Origin: Eledone cirrhosa
Lineage: Eukaryota
Direction of reading: 5' to 3'
Assembly: GCA_964016885.1 (NCBI GenBank)
Contig: OZ024742.1
Span: 162,068,001 to 162,132,000 of the forward strand
DNA: 64,000 nt
The position numbers and the translations under genes are program-made. Positions within the stretch are counted from its first letter, which is position 1, and every line of letters begins with the position of its first letter. Shown one piece after another: positions 29,601 through 45,949 of this stretch. The notes beneath the pieces are model-generated. The model had not been told where the DNA came from. It worked only from the letters and a program-made list of their open reading frames with translations, and made no database searches.

Positions 29601-32600
29601 ACAGACCCAAACTAAACTACTAGCTCTCTACAGACCCAAATTAAACTACTAGCTCTCTACAGACCCAAACTAAACTACTAGCTCTCTACAGACCCAAACT
29701 AAACTACTAGCCTCAACAGACCCAAACTAAACTACTAGCTCTCTACAGACCCAAACTAAACTACTAGCTCTCTACAGACCCAAACTAAACTACTAGCTCT
29801 CAACAGACCCAAACTAAACTACTAGCTCTCTAAAGACCCAAACTAAACTACTAGCCTCCACAGACCCAAAATAAACTACTAGCTCTCAACAGACCCAAAC
29901 TAAACTACTAGCTCTCTACAGACCCAAACTAAACTACTAGCCTCCACAGACCCAAAATAAACTACTAGCTCTCAACAGACCCAAACTAAACTACTAGCTC
30001 TCTACAGACCCAAATTAAACTACTAGCCTCTCTACAGACCAAAACTAAACTACTAGCCTCTCTACAGACCCAAACTAAACTACTAGCCTCTCTCCACAGA
30101 CCCAAACTAAACTACTAGCTCTCTACAGACCCAAACTAAACTACTAGCCTCTCTACAGAACGAAACTAAACTACTAGCCTCTCTACAGACCCAAACTAAA
30201 CTACTAGCCTCTCTACAGACCCAAACTAAACTACTAGCCTCTCTCCACAGACCCAAACTAAATTACTAGCTCTCTACAGACCCAAACTAAATTACTAGGC
30301 TCTCTACAGACCCAAACTAAACTACTAGCTCTCTACAGACCCAAACTAAACTACTAGCTCTCTACAGACCCAAACTAAACTACTAGCCTCAACAGACCCA
30401 AACTAAACTACTAGCTCTCTACAGACCCAAACTAAACTACTAGCTCTCTACAGACCCAAACTAAACTACTAGCTCTCAACAGACCCAAACTAAACTACTA
30501 GCTCTCTACAGACCCAAACTAAACTACTAGCTCTCTACAGACCCAAACTAAACTACTAGCCTCAACAGACCCAAACTAAACTACTAGCTCTCTACAGACC
30601 CAAACTAAACTACTAGCTCTCTACAGACCCAAACTAAACTACTAGCCTCCACAGACCCAAACTAAACTACTAGCTCTCTACAGACCCAAACTAAACTACT
30701 AGCCTCTCTACAGACCCAAACTAAACTACTAGCCTCTCTACAGACCCAAACTAAACTACTAGCCTCTCTACAGACCCAAACTAAACTACTAGCCTCTCTC
30801 CACAGACCCAAACTAAACTACTAGCTATATACAGACCCAAACTAAATTACTAGCCTCTCTACAGACCCAAACTAAACTACTAGCTCTCTACAGACCCAAA
30901 CTAAACTACTAGCTCTCTACAGACCCAAACTAAACTACTAGCTCTCTACAGACCCAAACTAAATTACTAGCCTCTCTACAGACCCAAACTAAACTATTAG
31001 CTCTCTACAGACCCAAACTAAACTACTAGCTCTCAACAGACCCAAACTAAACTACTAGCTCTCTACAGACCCAAACTAAACTACTAGCTCTCTACAGACC
31101 CAAACTAAACTACTAGCCTCTCTCTACAGACCCAAACTAAATTACTAGCCTCTCTCTACAGACCCAAACTAAATTACTAGCCTCTCTACAGACCCAAACT
31201 AAACTACTAGCTCTCTACAGACCAAAACTAAACTACTAGCCCTCTACAGACCCAAACTAAACTACTAGCCTCAACAGACCCAAACTAAACTACTAGCTCT
31301 CTACAGACCCAAACTAAACTACTAGCCTCCACAGACCCAAAATAAAGTACTAGCTCTCAACAGACCCAAACTAAACTACTAGCTCTCTACAGACCCAAAC
31401 TAAACTACTAGCCTCTCTACAGACCAAAACTAAACTACTAGCCTCTCTACAGACCCAAACTAAACTACTAGCCTCTCTCCACAGACCCAAACTAAACTAC
31501 TAGCTCTCTACAGACCCAAACTAAACTACTAGCCTCCACAGACCCAAACTAAACTACTAGCCTCCACAGACCCAAACTAAACTACTAGCCTCCACAGACC
31601 CAAACTAAACTACTAGCTCTCAACAGACCCAAACTAAACTACTAGCTCTCTACAGACCCAAACTAAACTACTAGCTCTCTACAGACCCAAACTAAACTAC
31701 TAGCTCTCTACAGACCCAAACTAAACTACTAGCCTCTCTCTACAGACCCAAACTAAATTACTAGCCTCTCTCTACAGACCCAAACTAAATTACAAGTCTC
31801 TCTACAGACCCAAACTAAACTACTAGCTCTCTACAGACCCAAACTAAACTACTAGCCCTCTACAGACCGAAACAAAATTACTAGCCTCAACAGACCCAAA
31901 CTAAACTACTAGTTCTCTACAGACCCAAACTAAACTACTATCTCTCAACAGACCCAAACTAAACTACTAGCTCTCTACAGACCCAAACTAAACTACTAGC
32001 CTCTCTCCACAGACCCAAACTAAACTACTAGCTCTCTACAGACCCAAACTAAATTACTAGCCTCTCTACAGACACAAACTTAACTACTAGCTCTCTACAG
32101 ACCCAAACTAAACTACTAGCTCTCTACAGACCCAAACTAAACTACTAGCTCTCTACAGACCCAAACTAAACTACTAGCCTCTCTCTACAGACCCAAACTA
32201 AATTACTAGCCTCTCTCTACAGACCCAAACTAAATTACAAGCCTCTCTACAGACCCAAACTAAACTACTAGCTCTCTACAGACCCAAACTAAACTACTAG
32301 CCCTCTACAGACCCAAACTAAACTACTAGCCTCAACAGACCCAAACTAAACTACTAGCTCTCTACAGACCCAAAGTAAACTACTAGCTCTCAACAGACCC
32401 AAACTAAACTACTAGCTCTCTACAGACCCAAACTAAACTACTAGCTCTCTACAGACCCAAACTAAACTACTAGCCCTCTACAGACCCAAACTAAACTACT
32501 AGCTCTCTACAGACCCAAACTAAACTACTAGCGTCAACAGACCCAAACTAAACTACTAGCTCTCTACAGACCCAAACTAAACTACTAGCTCTCTACAGAC

Positions 32601-35600
32601 CCAAACTAAACTACTAGCTCTCTACAGACCCAAACTAAACTACTAGCTTCTCTACAGACCCAAATTAAACTACTAGCCTCTCTACAGACCCAAACTAAAC
32701 TACTAGCCTCCACAAACCCAAAATAAACTACTAGCTCTCTACAGACCCAAACTAAACTACTAGCCTCAACAGACCCAAACTAAACTACTAGCCTCTCTAC
32801 AGACCAAAACTAAACTACTAGCCTCTCTACAGATCCAAACTAAACTACTAGCCTCTCTACACAGACCCAAACTAAACTACTAGCTCTCTACAGACCCAAA
32901 TTAAATTACTAGCCTCTCTACAGACCCAAATTAAACTACTAGCTCTCTACAGACCCAAACTAAACTACTAGCTCTCAACAGACCCAAACTAAACTACTAG
33001 CTCTCTACAGACCCAAACTAAACTACTAGCCTCTCTACAGAACGAAACTAAACTACTAGCCTCTCTACAGACCCAAACTAAACTACTAGCCTCTCTACAG
33101 ACCCAAACTAAACTACTAGCCTCTCTCCACAGACCCAAACTAAATTACTAGCTCTCTACAGACCCAAACTAAATTACTAGGCTCTCTACAGACCCAAACT
33201 AAACTACTAGCTCTCTACAGACCCAAACTAAACTACTAGCTCTCTACAGACCCAAACTAAACTACTAGCCTCAACAGACCCAAACTAAACTACTAGCTCT
33301 CTACAGACCCAAACTAAACTACTAGCTCTCTACAGACCCAAACTAAACTACTAGCTCTCAACAGACCCAAACTAAACTACTAGCTCTCTACAGACCCAAA
33401 CTAAACTACTAGCTCTCTACAGACCCAAACTAAACTACTAGCCTCAACAGACCCAAACTAAACTACTAGCTCTCTACAGACCCAAACTAAACTACTAGCT
33501 CTCTACAGACCCAAACTAAACTACTAGCCTCCACAGACCCAAACTAAACTACTAGCTCTCTACAGACCCAAACTAAACTACTAGCCTCTCTACAGACCCA
33601 AACTAAACTACTAGCCTCTCTACAGACCCAAACTAAACTACTAGCCTCTCTACAGACCCAAACTAAACTACTAGCCTCTCTCCACAGACCCAAACTAAAC
33701 TACTAGCTATATACAGACCCAAACTAAATTACTAGCCTCTCTACAGACCCAAACTAAACTACTAGCTCTCTACAGACCCAAACTAAACTACTAGCTCTCT
33801 ACAGACCCAAACTAAACTACTAGCTCTCTACAGACCCAAACTAAATTACTAGCCTCTCTACAGACCCAAACTAAACTATTAGCTCTCTACAGACCCAAAC
33901 TAAACTACTAGCTCTCAACAGACCCAAACTAAACTACTAGCTCTCTACAGACCCAAACTAAACTACTAGCTCTCTACAGACCCAAACTAAACTACTAGCC
34001 TCTCTCTACAGACCCAAACTAAATTACTAGCCTCTCTCTACAGACCCAAACTAAATTACTAGCCTCTCTACAGACCCAAACTAAACTACTAGCTCTCTAC
34101 AGACCAAAACTAAACTACTAGCCCTCTACAGACCCAAACTAAACTACTAGCCTCAACAGACCCAAACTAAACTACTAGCTCTCTACAGACCCAAACTAAA
34201 CTACTAGCCTCCACAGACCCAAAATAAAGTACTAGCTCTCAACAGACCCAAACTAAACTACTAGCTCTCTACAGACCCAAACTAAACTACTAGCCTCTCT
34301 ACAGACCAAAACTAAACTACTAGCCTCTCTACAGACCCAAACTAAACTACTAGCCTCTCTCCACAGACCCAAACTAAACTACTAGCTCTCTACAGACCCA
34401 AACTAAACTACTAGCCTCCACAGACCCAAACTAAACTACTAGCCTCCACAGACCCAAACTAAACTACTAGCCTCCACAGACCCAAACTAAACTACTAGCT
34501 CTCAACAGACCCAAACTAAACTACTAGCTCTCTACAGACCCAAACTAAACTACTAGCTCTCTACAGACCCAAACTAAACTACTAGCTCTCTACAGACCCA
34601 AACTAAACTACTAGCCTCTCTCTACAGACCCAAACTAAATTACTAGCCTCTCTCTACAGACCCAAACTAAATTACAAGTCTCTCTACAGACCCAAACTAA
34701 ACTACTAGCTCTCTACAGACCCAAACTAAACTACTAGCCCTCTACAGACCGAAACAAAATTACTAGCCTCAACAGACCCAAACTAAACTACTAGCTCTCT
34801 ACAGACCCAAACTAAACTACTAGCTCTCAACAGACCCAAACTAAACTACTAGCTCTCTACAGACCCAAACTAAACTACTAGCTCTCTACAGACCCAAATT
34901 AAACTACTAGCTCTCTACAGACCCAAACTAAACTACTAGCTCTCTACAGACCCAAACTAAACTACTAGCCTCAACAGACCCAAACTAAACTACTAGCTCT
35001 CTACAGACCCAAACTAAACTACTAGCTCTCTACAGACCCAAACTAAACTACTAGCTCTCAACAGACCCAAACTAAACTACTAGCTCTCTAAAGACCCAAA
35101 CTAAACTACTAGCCTCCACAGACCCAAAATAAACTACTAGCTCTCAACAGACCCAAACTAAACTACTAGCTCTCTACAGACCCAAACTAAACTACTAGCC
35201 TCCACAGACCCAAAATAAACTACTAGCTCTCAACAGACCCAAACTAAACTACTAGCTCTCTACAGACCCAAATTAAACTACTAGCCTCTCTACAGACCAA
35301 AACTAAACTACTAGCCTCTCTACAGACCCAAACTAAACTACTAGCCTCTCTCCACAGACCCAAACTAAACTACTAGCTCTCTACAGACCCAAACTAAACT
35401 ACTAGCCTCTCTACAGAACGAAACTAAACTACTAGCCTCTCTACAGACCCAAACTAAACTACTAGCCTCTCTACAGACCCAAACTAAACTACTAGCCTCT
35501 CTCCACAGACCCAAACTAAATTACTAGCTCTCTACAGACCCAAACTAAATTACTAGGCTCTCTACAGACCCAAACTAAACTACTAGCTCTCTACAGACCC

Positions 35601-37170
35601 AAACTAAACTACTAGCTCTCTACAGACCCAAACTAAACTACTAGCCTCAACAGACCCAAACTAAACTACTAGCTCTCTACAGACCCAAACTAAACTACTA
35701 GCTCTCTACAGACCCAAACTAAACTACTAGCTCTCAACAGACCCAAACTAAACTACTAGCTCTCTACAGACCCAAACTAAACTACTAGCTCTCTACAGAC
35801 CCAAACTAAACTACTAGCCTCAACAGACCCAAACTAAACTACTAGCTCTCTACAGACCCAAACTAAACTACTAGCTCTCTACAGACCCAAACTAAACTAC
35901 TAGCCTCCACAGACCCAAACTAAACTACTAGCTCTCTACAGACCCAAACTAAACTACTAGCCTCTCTACAGACCCAAACTAAACTACTAGCCTCTCTACA
36001 GACCCAAACTAAACTACTAGCCTCTCTACAGACCCAAACTAAACTACTAGCCTCTCTCCACAGACCCAAACTAAACTACTAGCTATATACAGACCCAAAC
36101 TAAATTACTAGCCTCTCTACAGACCCAAACTAAACTACTAGCTCTCTACAGACCCAAACTAAACTACTAGCTCTCTACAGACCCAAACTAAACTACTAGC
36201 TCTCTACAGACCCAAACTAAATTACTAGCCTCTCTACAGACCCAAACTAAACTATTAGCTCTCTACAGACCCAAACTAAACTACTAGCTCTCAACAGACC
36301 CAAACTAAACTACTAGCTCTCTACAGACCCAAACTAAACTACTAGCTCTCTACAGACCCAAACTAAACTACTAGCCTCTCTCTACAGACCCAAACTAAAT
36401 TACTAGCCTCTCTCTACAGACCCAAACTAAATTACTAGCCTCTCTACAGACCCAAACTAAACTACTAGCTCTCTACAGACCAAAACTAAACTACTAGCCC
36501 TCTACAGACCCAAACTAAACTACTAGCCTCAACAGACCCAAACTAAACTACTAGCTCTCTACAGACCCAAACTAAACTACTAGCCTCCACAGACCCAAAA
36601 TAAAGTACTAGCTCTCAACAGACCCAAACTAAACTACTAGCTCTCTACAGACCCAAACTAAACTACTAGCCTCTCTACAGACCAAAACTAAACTACTAGC
36701 CTCTCTACAGACCCAAACTAAACTACTAGCCTCTCTCCACAGACCCAAACTAAACTACTAGCTCTCTACAGACCCAAACTAAACTACTAGCCTCCACAGA
36801 CCCAAACTAAACTACTAGCCTCCACAGACCCAAACTAAACTACTAGCCTCCACAGACCCAAACTAAACTACTAGCTCTCAACAGACCCAAACTAAACTAC
36901 TAGCTCTCTACAGACCCAAACTAAACTACTAGCTCTCTACAGACCCAAACTAAACTACTAGCTCTCTACAGACCCAAACTAAACTACTAGCCTCTCTCTA
37001 CAGACCCAAACTAAATTACTAGCCTCTCTCTACAGACCCAAACTAAATTACAAGTCTCTCTACAGACCCAAACTAAACTACTAGCTCTCTACAGACCCAA
37101 ACTAAACTACTAGCCCTCTACAGACCGAAACAAAATTACTAGCCTCAACAGACCCAAACTAAACTACTAG
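26660..37170 (+). repeat. Higher-order tandem duplication of 5258 bp, each copy containing an internal 2376-bp duplication; boundaries approximate
   Basis: 5258-bp offset for TATCTC (26681/31939), CCCAAAGTAA (27111/32369), CACAAACC (27453/32711), AGAACG (27781/33039 and 30157/35415). 2376-bp offset for AGAACG (27781/30157) and ATATACAG (28451/30827). Confidence 0.9.
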
Positions 37171-40100
37171 CTCTCTACAGACCCAAACTAAACTACTAGC
37201 TCTCAACAGACCCAAACTAAACTACTAGCTCTCTACAGACCCAAACTAAACTACTAGCTCTCTACAGACCCAAATTAAACTACTAGCTCTCTACAGACCC
37301 AAACTAAACTACTAGCTCTCTACAGACCCAAACTAAACTACTAGCCTCAACAGACCCAAACTAAACTACTAGCTCTCTACAGACCCAAACTAAACTACTA
37401 GCTCTCTACAGACCCAAACTAAACTACTAGCTCTCAACAGACCCAAACTAAACTACTAGCTCTCTAAAGACCCAAACTAAACTACTAGCCTCCACAGACC
37501 CAAAATAAACTACTAGCTCTCAACAGACCCAAACTAAACTACTAGCTCTCTACAGACCCAAACTAAACTACTAGCCTCCACAGACCCAAAATAAACTACT
37601 AGCTCTCAACAGACCCAAACTAAACTACTAGCTCTCTACAGACCCAAATTAAACTACTAGCCTCTCTACAGACCAAAACTAAACTACTAGCCTCTCTACA
37701 GACCCAAACTAAACTACTAGCCTCTCTCCACAGACCCAAACTAAACTACTAGCTCTCTACAGACCCAAACTAAACTACTAGCTCTCTACAGACCCAAACT
37801 AAACTACTAGCCTCCACAGACCCAAACTAAACTACTAGCCTCCACAGACCCAAACTAAACTACTAGCTCTCAACAGACCCAAACTAAACTACTAGCTCTC
37901 TACAGACCCAAACTAAACTACTAGCCTCTCTACAGACCCAAACTAAACTACTAGCCTCTCTACAGACCCAAACTAAACTACTAGCCTCTCTCCACAGACC
38001 CAAACTAAACTACTAGCTCTCTACAGACCCAAACTAAATTACTAGCCTCTCTACAGACCCAAACTAAACTACTAGCTCTCTACAGACCCAAACTAAACTA
38101 CTATCTCTCAACAGACCCAAACTAAACTACTAGCTCTCTACAGACCCAAATTAAACTACTAGCCTCTCTCCACAGACCCAAACTAAACTACTAGCTCTCT
38201 ACAGACCCAAACTAAATTACTAGCCTCTCTACAGACCCAAACTAAACTACTAGCGTCAACAGACCCAAACTAAACTACTAGCTCTCTACAGACCCAAACT
38301 AAACTACTAGCTCTCTACAGACCCAAACTAAACTACTAGCTCTCTACAGACCCAAACTAAACTACTAGCCTCTCTCTACAGACCCAAACTAAATTACTAG
38401 CCTCTCTCTACAGACCCAAACTAAATTACAAGCCTCTCTACAGACCCAAACTAAACTACTAGCTCTCTACAGACCCAAACTAAACTACTAGCCCTCTACA
38501 GACCCAAACTAAACTACTAGCCTCAACAGACCCAAACTAAACTACTAGCTCTCTACAGACCCAAAGTAAACTACTAGCTCTCAACAGACCCAAACTAAAC
38601 TACTAGCTCTCTACAGACCCAAACTAAACTACTAGCTCTCTACAGACCCAAACTAAACTACTAGCCCTCTACAGACCCAAACTAAACTACTAGCTCTCTA
38701 CAGACCCAAACTAAACTACTAGCGTCAACAGACCCAAACTAAACTACTAGCTCTCTACAGACCCAAACTAAACTACTAGCTCTCTACAGACCCAAACTAA
38801 ACTACTTGCTCTCTACAGACCCAAACTAAACTACTAGCTTCTCTACAGACCCAAATTAAACTACTAGCCTCTCTACAGACCCAAACTAAACTACTAGCCT
38901 CCACAGACCCAAAATAAACTACTAGCTCTCTACAGACCCAAACTAAACTACTAGCTCTCTACAGACCCAAACTAAACTACTAGCCTCTCTACAGACCAAA
39001 ACTAAACTACTAGCCTCTCTACAGATCCAAACTAAACTACTAGCCTCTCTACACAGACCCAAACTAAACTACTAGCTCTCTACAGACCCAAATTAAATTA
39101 CTAGCCTCTCTACAGACCCAAATTAAAGTACTAGCTCTCTACAGACCCAAACTAAACTACTAGCTCTCAACAGACCCAAACTAAACTACTAGCTCTCTAC
39201 AGACCCAAACTAAACTACTAGCCTCTCTACAGAACGAAACTAAACTACTAGCCTCTCTACAGACCCAAACTAAACTACTAGCCTCTCTACAGACCCAAAC
39301 TAAACTACTAGCCTCTCTCCACAGACCCAAACTAAATTACTAGCTCTCTACAGACCCAAACTAAATTACTAGGCTCTCTACAGACCCAAACTAAACTACT
39401 AGCTCTCTACAGACCCAAACTAAACTACTAGCTCTCTACAGACCCAAACTAAACTACTAGCCTCAACAGACCCAAACTAAACTACTAGCTCTCTACAGAC
39501 CCAAACTAAACTACTAGCTCTCTACAGACCCAAACTAAACTACTAGCTCTCAACAGACCCAAACTAAACTACTAGCTCTCTACAGACCCAAACTAAACTA
39601 CTAGCTCTCTACAGACCCAAACTAAACTACTAGCCTCAACAGACCCAAACTAAACTACTAGCTCTCTACAGACCCAAACTAAACTACTAGCTCTCTACAG
39701 ACCCAAACTAAACTACTAGCCTCCACAGACCCAAACTAAACTACTAGCTCTCTACAGACCCAAACTAAACTACTAGCCTCTCTACAGACCCAAACTAAAC
39801 TACTAGCCTCTCTACAGACCCAAACTAAACTACTAGCCTCTCTACAGACCCAAACTAAACTACTAGCCTCTCTCCACAGACCCAAACTAAACTACTAGCT
39901 ATATACAGACCCAAACTAAATTACTAGCCTCTCTACAGACCCAAACTAAACTACTAGCTCTCTACAGACCCAAACTAAACTACTAGCTCTCTACAGACCC
40001 AAACTAAACTACTAGCTCTCTACAGACCCAAACTAAATTACTAGCCTCTCTACAGACCCAAACTAAACTATTAGCTCTCTACAGACCCAAACTAAACTAC

Positions 40101-43100
40101 TAGCTCTCAACAGACCCAAACTAAACTACTAGCTCTCTACAGACCCAAACTAAACTACTAGCTCTCTACAGACCCAAACTAAACTACTAGCCTCTCTCTA
40201 CAGACCCAAACTAAATTACTAGCCTCTCTACAGACCCAAACTAAATTACTAGCCTCTCTACAGACCCAAACTAAACTACTAGCTCTCTACAGACCAAAAC
40301 TAAACTACTAGCCCTCTACAGACCCAAACTAAACTACTAGCCTCAACAGACCCAAACTAAACTACTAGCTCTCTACAGACCCAAACTAAACTACTAGCCT
40401 CCACAGACCCAAAATAAAGTACTAGCTCTCAACAGACCCAAACTAAACTACTAGCTCTCTACAGACCCAAACTAAACTACTAGCCTCTCTACAGACCAAA
40501 ACTAAACTACTAGCCTCTCTACAGACCCAAACTAAACTACTAGCCTCTCTCCACAGACCCAAACTAAACTACTAGCTCTCTACAGACCCAAACTAAACTA
40601 CTAGCCTCCACAGACCCAAACTAAACTACTAGCCTCCACAGACCCAAACTAAACTACTAGCCTCCACAGACCCAAACTAAACTACTAGCTCTCAACAGAC
40701 CCAAACTAAACTACTAGCTCTCTACAGACCCAAACTAAATTACTAGCCTCTCTACAGACACAAACTTAACTACTAGCTCTCTACAGACCCAAACTAAACT
40801 ACTAGCTCTCTACAGACCCAAACTAAACTACTAGCTCTCTACAGACCCAAACTAAACTACTAGCCTCTCTCTACAGACCCAAACTAAATTACTAGCCTCT
40901 CTCTACAGACCCAAACTAAATTACAAGTCTCTCTACAGACCCAAACTAAACTACTAGCTCTCTACAGACCCAAACTAAACTACTAGCCCTCTACAGACCG
41001 AAACAAAATTACTAGCCTCAACAGACCCAAACTAAACTACTAGCTCTCTACAGACCCAAACTAAACTACTAGCTCTCAACAGACCCAAATTAAACTACTA
41101 GCTCTCAACAGACCCAAACTAAACTACTAGCTCTCTACAGACCCAAACTAAACTACTAGCTCTCTACAGACCCAAACTAAACTACTAGCCTCCACAGACC
41201 CAAAATAAAGTACTAGCTCTCAACAGACCCAAACTAAACTACTAGCTCTCTACAGACCCAAACTAAATTACTAGCCTCTCTACAGACCCAAACTAAACTA
41301 CTAGCTCTCTACAGACCAAAACTAAACTACTAGCCCTCTACAGACCCAAACTAAACTACTAGCCTCAACAGACCCAAACTAAACTACTAGCTCTCTACAG
41401 ACCCAAACTAAACTACTAGCTCTCTACAGACCCAAATTAAACTACTAGCTCTCTACAGACCCAAACTAAACTACTAGCTCTCTACAGACCCAAACTAAAC
41501 TACTAGCCTCAACAGACCCAAACTAAACTACTAGCTCTCTACAGACCCAAACTAAACTACTAGCTCTCTACAGACCCAAACTAAACTACTAGCTCTCTAC
41601 AGACCCAAACTAAACTACTAGCTTCTCTACAGACCCAAATTAAACTACTAGCCTCTCTACAGACCCAAACTAAACTACTAGCCTCCACAGACACAAAATA
41701 AACTACTAGCTCTCTACAGACCCAAACTAAACTACTAGCCTCAACAGACCCAAACTAAACTACTAGCCTCTCTACAGACCCAAACTAAACTACTAGCCTC
41801 TCTACAGACCCAAACTAAACTACTAGCCTCTCTCCACAGACCCAAACTAAACTACTAGCTCTCTACAGACCCAAACTAAATTACTAGCCTCTCTACAGAC
41901 CCAAATTAAACTACTAGCTCTCTACAGACCCAAACTAAACTACTAGCTCTCAACAGACCCAAACTAAACTACTAGCTCTCTACAGACCCAAACTAAACTA
42001 CTAGCTCTCTACAGACCCAAACTAAACTACTAGCCTCCACAGACCCAAACTAAACTACTAGCTCTCAACAGACCCAAACTAAACTACTAGCTCTCTACAG
42101 ACCCAAACTAAACTACTAGCCTCTCTACAGACCCAAACTAAACTACTAGCCTCTCTACAGACCCAAACTAAACTACTAGCCTCTCTACAGACCCAAACTA
42201 AACTACTAGCCTCTCTCCACAGACCCAAACTAAACTACTAGCTATATACAGACCCAAACTAAATTATTAGCCTCTCTACAGACCCAAACTAAACTACTAG
42301 CTCTCTACAGACCCAAACGAAACTACTAGCTCTCTACAGACCCAAACTAAACTACTAGCTCTCTACAGACCCAAACTAAACTACTAGCTGTATACAGACC
42401 CAAACTAAATTACTAGCCTCTCTACAGACCCAAACTAAACTATTAGCTCTCTACAGACCCAAACTAAACTACTAGCTCTCAACAGACCCAAACTAAACTA
42501 CTAGCTCTATACAGACCCAAACTAAACTACTAGCTCTCTACAGACCCAAACTAAACTACTAGCCTCTCTCTACAGACACAAACTAAATTACTAGCCTCTC
42601 TCTACAGACCCAAACTAAATTACTAACCTCTCTACAGACCCAAACTAAACTACTAGCTCTCTACAGACCAAAACTAAACTACTAGCCCTCTACAGACCCA
42701 AACTAAACTACTAGCCTCAACAGACCCAAACTAAACTACTAGCTCTCTACAGACCCAAACTAAACTACTAGCTCTCTACAGACCCAAACTAAAGTGCTAG
42801 CTCTCAACAGACCCAAACTAAACTACTAGCTCTCTACAGACCCAAACTAAACTACTAGCTCTCTACAGACCCAAACTAAACTACTAGCCTCAACAGACCC
42901 AAAGTAAACTACTAGCTCTCAACAGACCCAAACTAAACTACTAGCTCTCTAAAGACCCAAACTAAACTACTAGCGTCCACAGACCCAAAATAAACTACTA
43001 GCTCTCAACAGACGCAAACTAAACTACTAGCTCTCTACAGACCCAAACTAAACTACTAGCCTCCACAGACCCAAAATAAAGTACTAGCTCTCAACAGACC

Positions 43101-45949
43101 CAAACTAAACTACTAGCTCTCTACAGACCCAAACTAAACTACTAGCCTCTCTACAGACCAAAACTAAACTACTAGCCTCTCTACAGACCCAAACTAAACT
43201 ACTAGCCTCTCTCCACAGACCCAAACTAAACTACTAGCTCTCTACAGACCCAAACTAAACTACTAGCTGTCTACAGACCCAAACTAAGCTACTAGCCTCC
43301 ACAGACCCAAACTAAACTACTAGCCTCCACAGACCCAAACTAAACTACTAGCTCTCAACAGACCCAAACTAAACTACTAGCTCTCTACAGACCCAAACTA
43401 AACTACTAGCCTCTCTACAGACACAAACTTAACTACTAGCTCTCTACAGACCCAAACTAAACTACTAGCTCTCTACAGACCCAAACTAAATTACTAGCCT
43501 CTCTACAGACACAAACTTAACTACTAGCTCTCTACAGACCCAAACTAAACTACTAGCTCTCAACAGACCCAAACTAAACTACTAGCTCTCTACAGACCCA
43601 AACTAAACTACTAGCTCTCTACAGACCCAAACTAAACTACTAGCCTCCACAGACCCAAACTAAACTACTAGCTCTCAACAGACCCAAACTAAACTACTAG
43701 CTCTCTACAGACCCAAACTAAACTACTAGCCTCTCTACAGACCCAAACTAAACTACTAGCCTCTCTACAGACCCAAACTAAACTACTAGCCTCTCTACAG
43801 ACCCAAACTAAACTACTAGCCTCTCTCCACAGACCCAAACTAAACTACTAGCTATATACAGACCCAAACTAAATTACTAGCCTCTCTACAGACCCAAACT
43901 AAACTACTAGCTCTCTACAGACCCAAACGAAACTACTAGCTCTCTACAGACCCAAACTAAACTACTAGCTCTCTACAGACCCAAACTAAACTACTAGCTC
44001 TCTACAGACCCAAACTAAATTACTAGCTCTCAACAGACCCAAACTAAACTACTAGCTCTCTACAGACCCAAACTAAACTACTAGCTCTCTACAGACCCAA
44101 ACTAAACTACTAGCCTCTCTCTACAGACCCAAACTAAATTACTAGCCTCTCTCTACAGACCCAAACTAAATTACTAACCTCTCTACAGACCCAAACTAAA
44201 CTACTAGCTCTCTACAGACCAAAACTAAACTACTAGCCCTCTACAGACCCAAACTAAACTACTAGCCTCAACAGACCCAAACTAAACTACTAGCTCTCTA
44301 CAGACCCAAACTAAACTACTAGCTCTCTACAGGCCCAAACTAAACTGCTAGCTCTCAACAGACCCAAACTAAACTACTAGCTCTCTACAGACCCAAACTA
44401 AACTACTAGCTCTCTACAGACCCAAACTAAACTACTAGCCTCAACAGACCCAAAGTAAACTACTAGCTCTCAACAGACCCAAACTAAACTACTAGCTCTC
44501 TAAAGACCCAAACTAAACTACTAGCCTCCACAGACCCAAAATAAACTACTAGCTCTCAACAGACCCAAACTAAACTACTAGCTCTCTACAGACCCAAACT
44601 AAACTACTAGCCTCTCTACAGACCCAAACTAAACTACTAGCCTCTCTACAGACCCAAACTAAACTACTAGCCTCTCTCCACAGACCCAAACTAAACTACT
44701 AGCTCTCTACAGACCCAAACTAAACTACTAGCTGTCTACAGACCCAAACTAAACTACTAGCCTCCACAGACCCAAACTAAACTACTAGCCTCCACAGACC
44801 CAAACTAAACTACTAGCTCTCAACAGACCCAAACTAAACTACTAGCTCTCTACAGACCCAAACTAAATTACTAGCCTCTCTACAGACACAAACTTAACTA
44901 CTAGCTCTCTACAGACCCAAACTAAACTACTAGCTCTCTACAGACCCAAACTAAACTACTAGCTCTCTACAGACCCAAACTAAACTAGTAGCCTCTCTCT
45001 ACAGACCCAAACTAAATTACTAGCCTCTCTCTACAGACCCAAACTAAATTACAAGCCTCTCTACAGACCCAAACTAAACTACTAGCTCTCTACAGACCCA
45101 AACTAAACTACTAGCCCTCTACAGACCGAAACAAAATTACTAGCCTCAACAGACCCAAACTAAACTACTAGCTCTCTACAGACCCAAACTAAACTACTAG
45201 CTCTCAACAGACCCAAACTAAACTACTAGCTCTCTACAGACCCAAACTAAACTACTAGCTCTCTACAGACCCAAACTAAACTACTAGCTCTCTACAGACC
45301 CAAACTAAACTACTAGCTTCTCTACAGACCCAAATTAAACTACTAGCCTCTCTACAGACCCAAACTAAACTACTAGCCTCCACAGACCCAAAATAAACTA
45401 CTAGCTCTCTACAGACCCAAACTAAACTACTAGCCTCAACAGACCCAAACTAAACTACTAGCCTCTCTACAGACCAAAACTAAACTACTAGCCTCTCTAC
45501 AGACCCAAACTAAACTACTAGCCTCTCTCCACAGACCCAAACTAAACTACTAGCTCTCTACAGACCCAAACTAAATTACTAGCCTCTCTACAGACCCAAA
45601 TTGAACTACTAGCTCTCTACAGACCCAAACCAAACTACTAGCTCTCAACAGACCCAAACTAAACTACTAGCTCTCTACAGACCCAAACTAAACTACTAGC
45701 CTCTCTACAGACCGAAACTAAACTACTAGCCTCTCTACAGACCCAAACTAAACTACTAGCCTCTCTACAGACCCAAACTAAACTACTAGCCACTCTCCAC
45801 AGACCCAAACTAAATTACTAGCTCTCTACAGACCCAAAATAAATTACTAGGCTCTCTACAGATCCAAACTAAACTACTAGCTCTCTACAGACCCAAACTA
45901 AACTACTAGCTCTCTACAGACCCAAACTAAACTACTAGCCTCAACAGAC

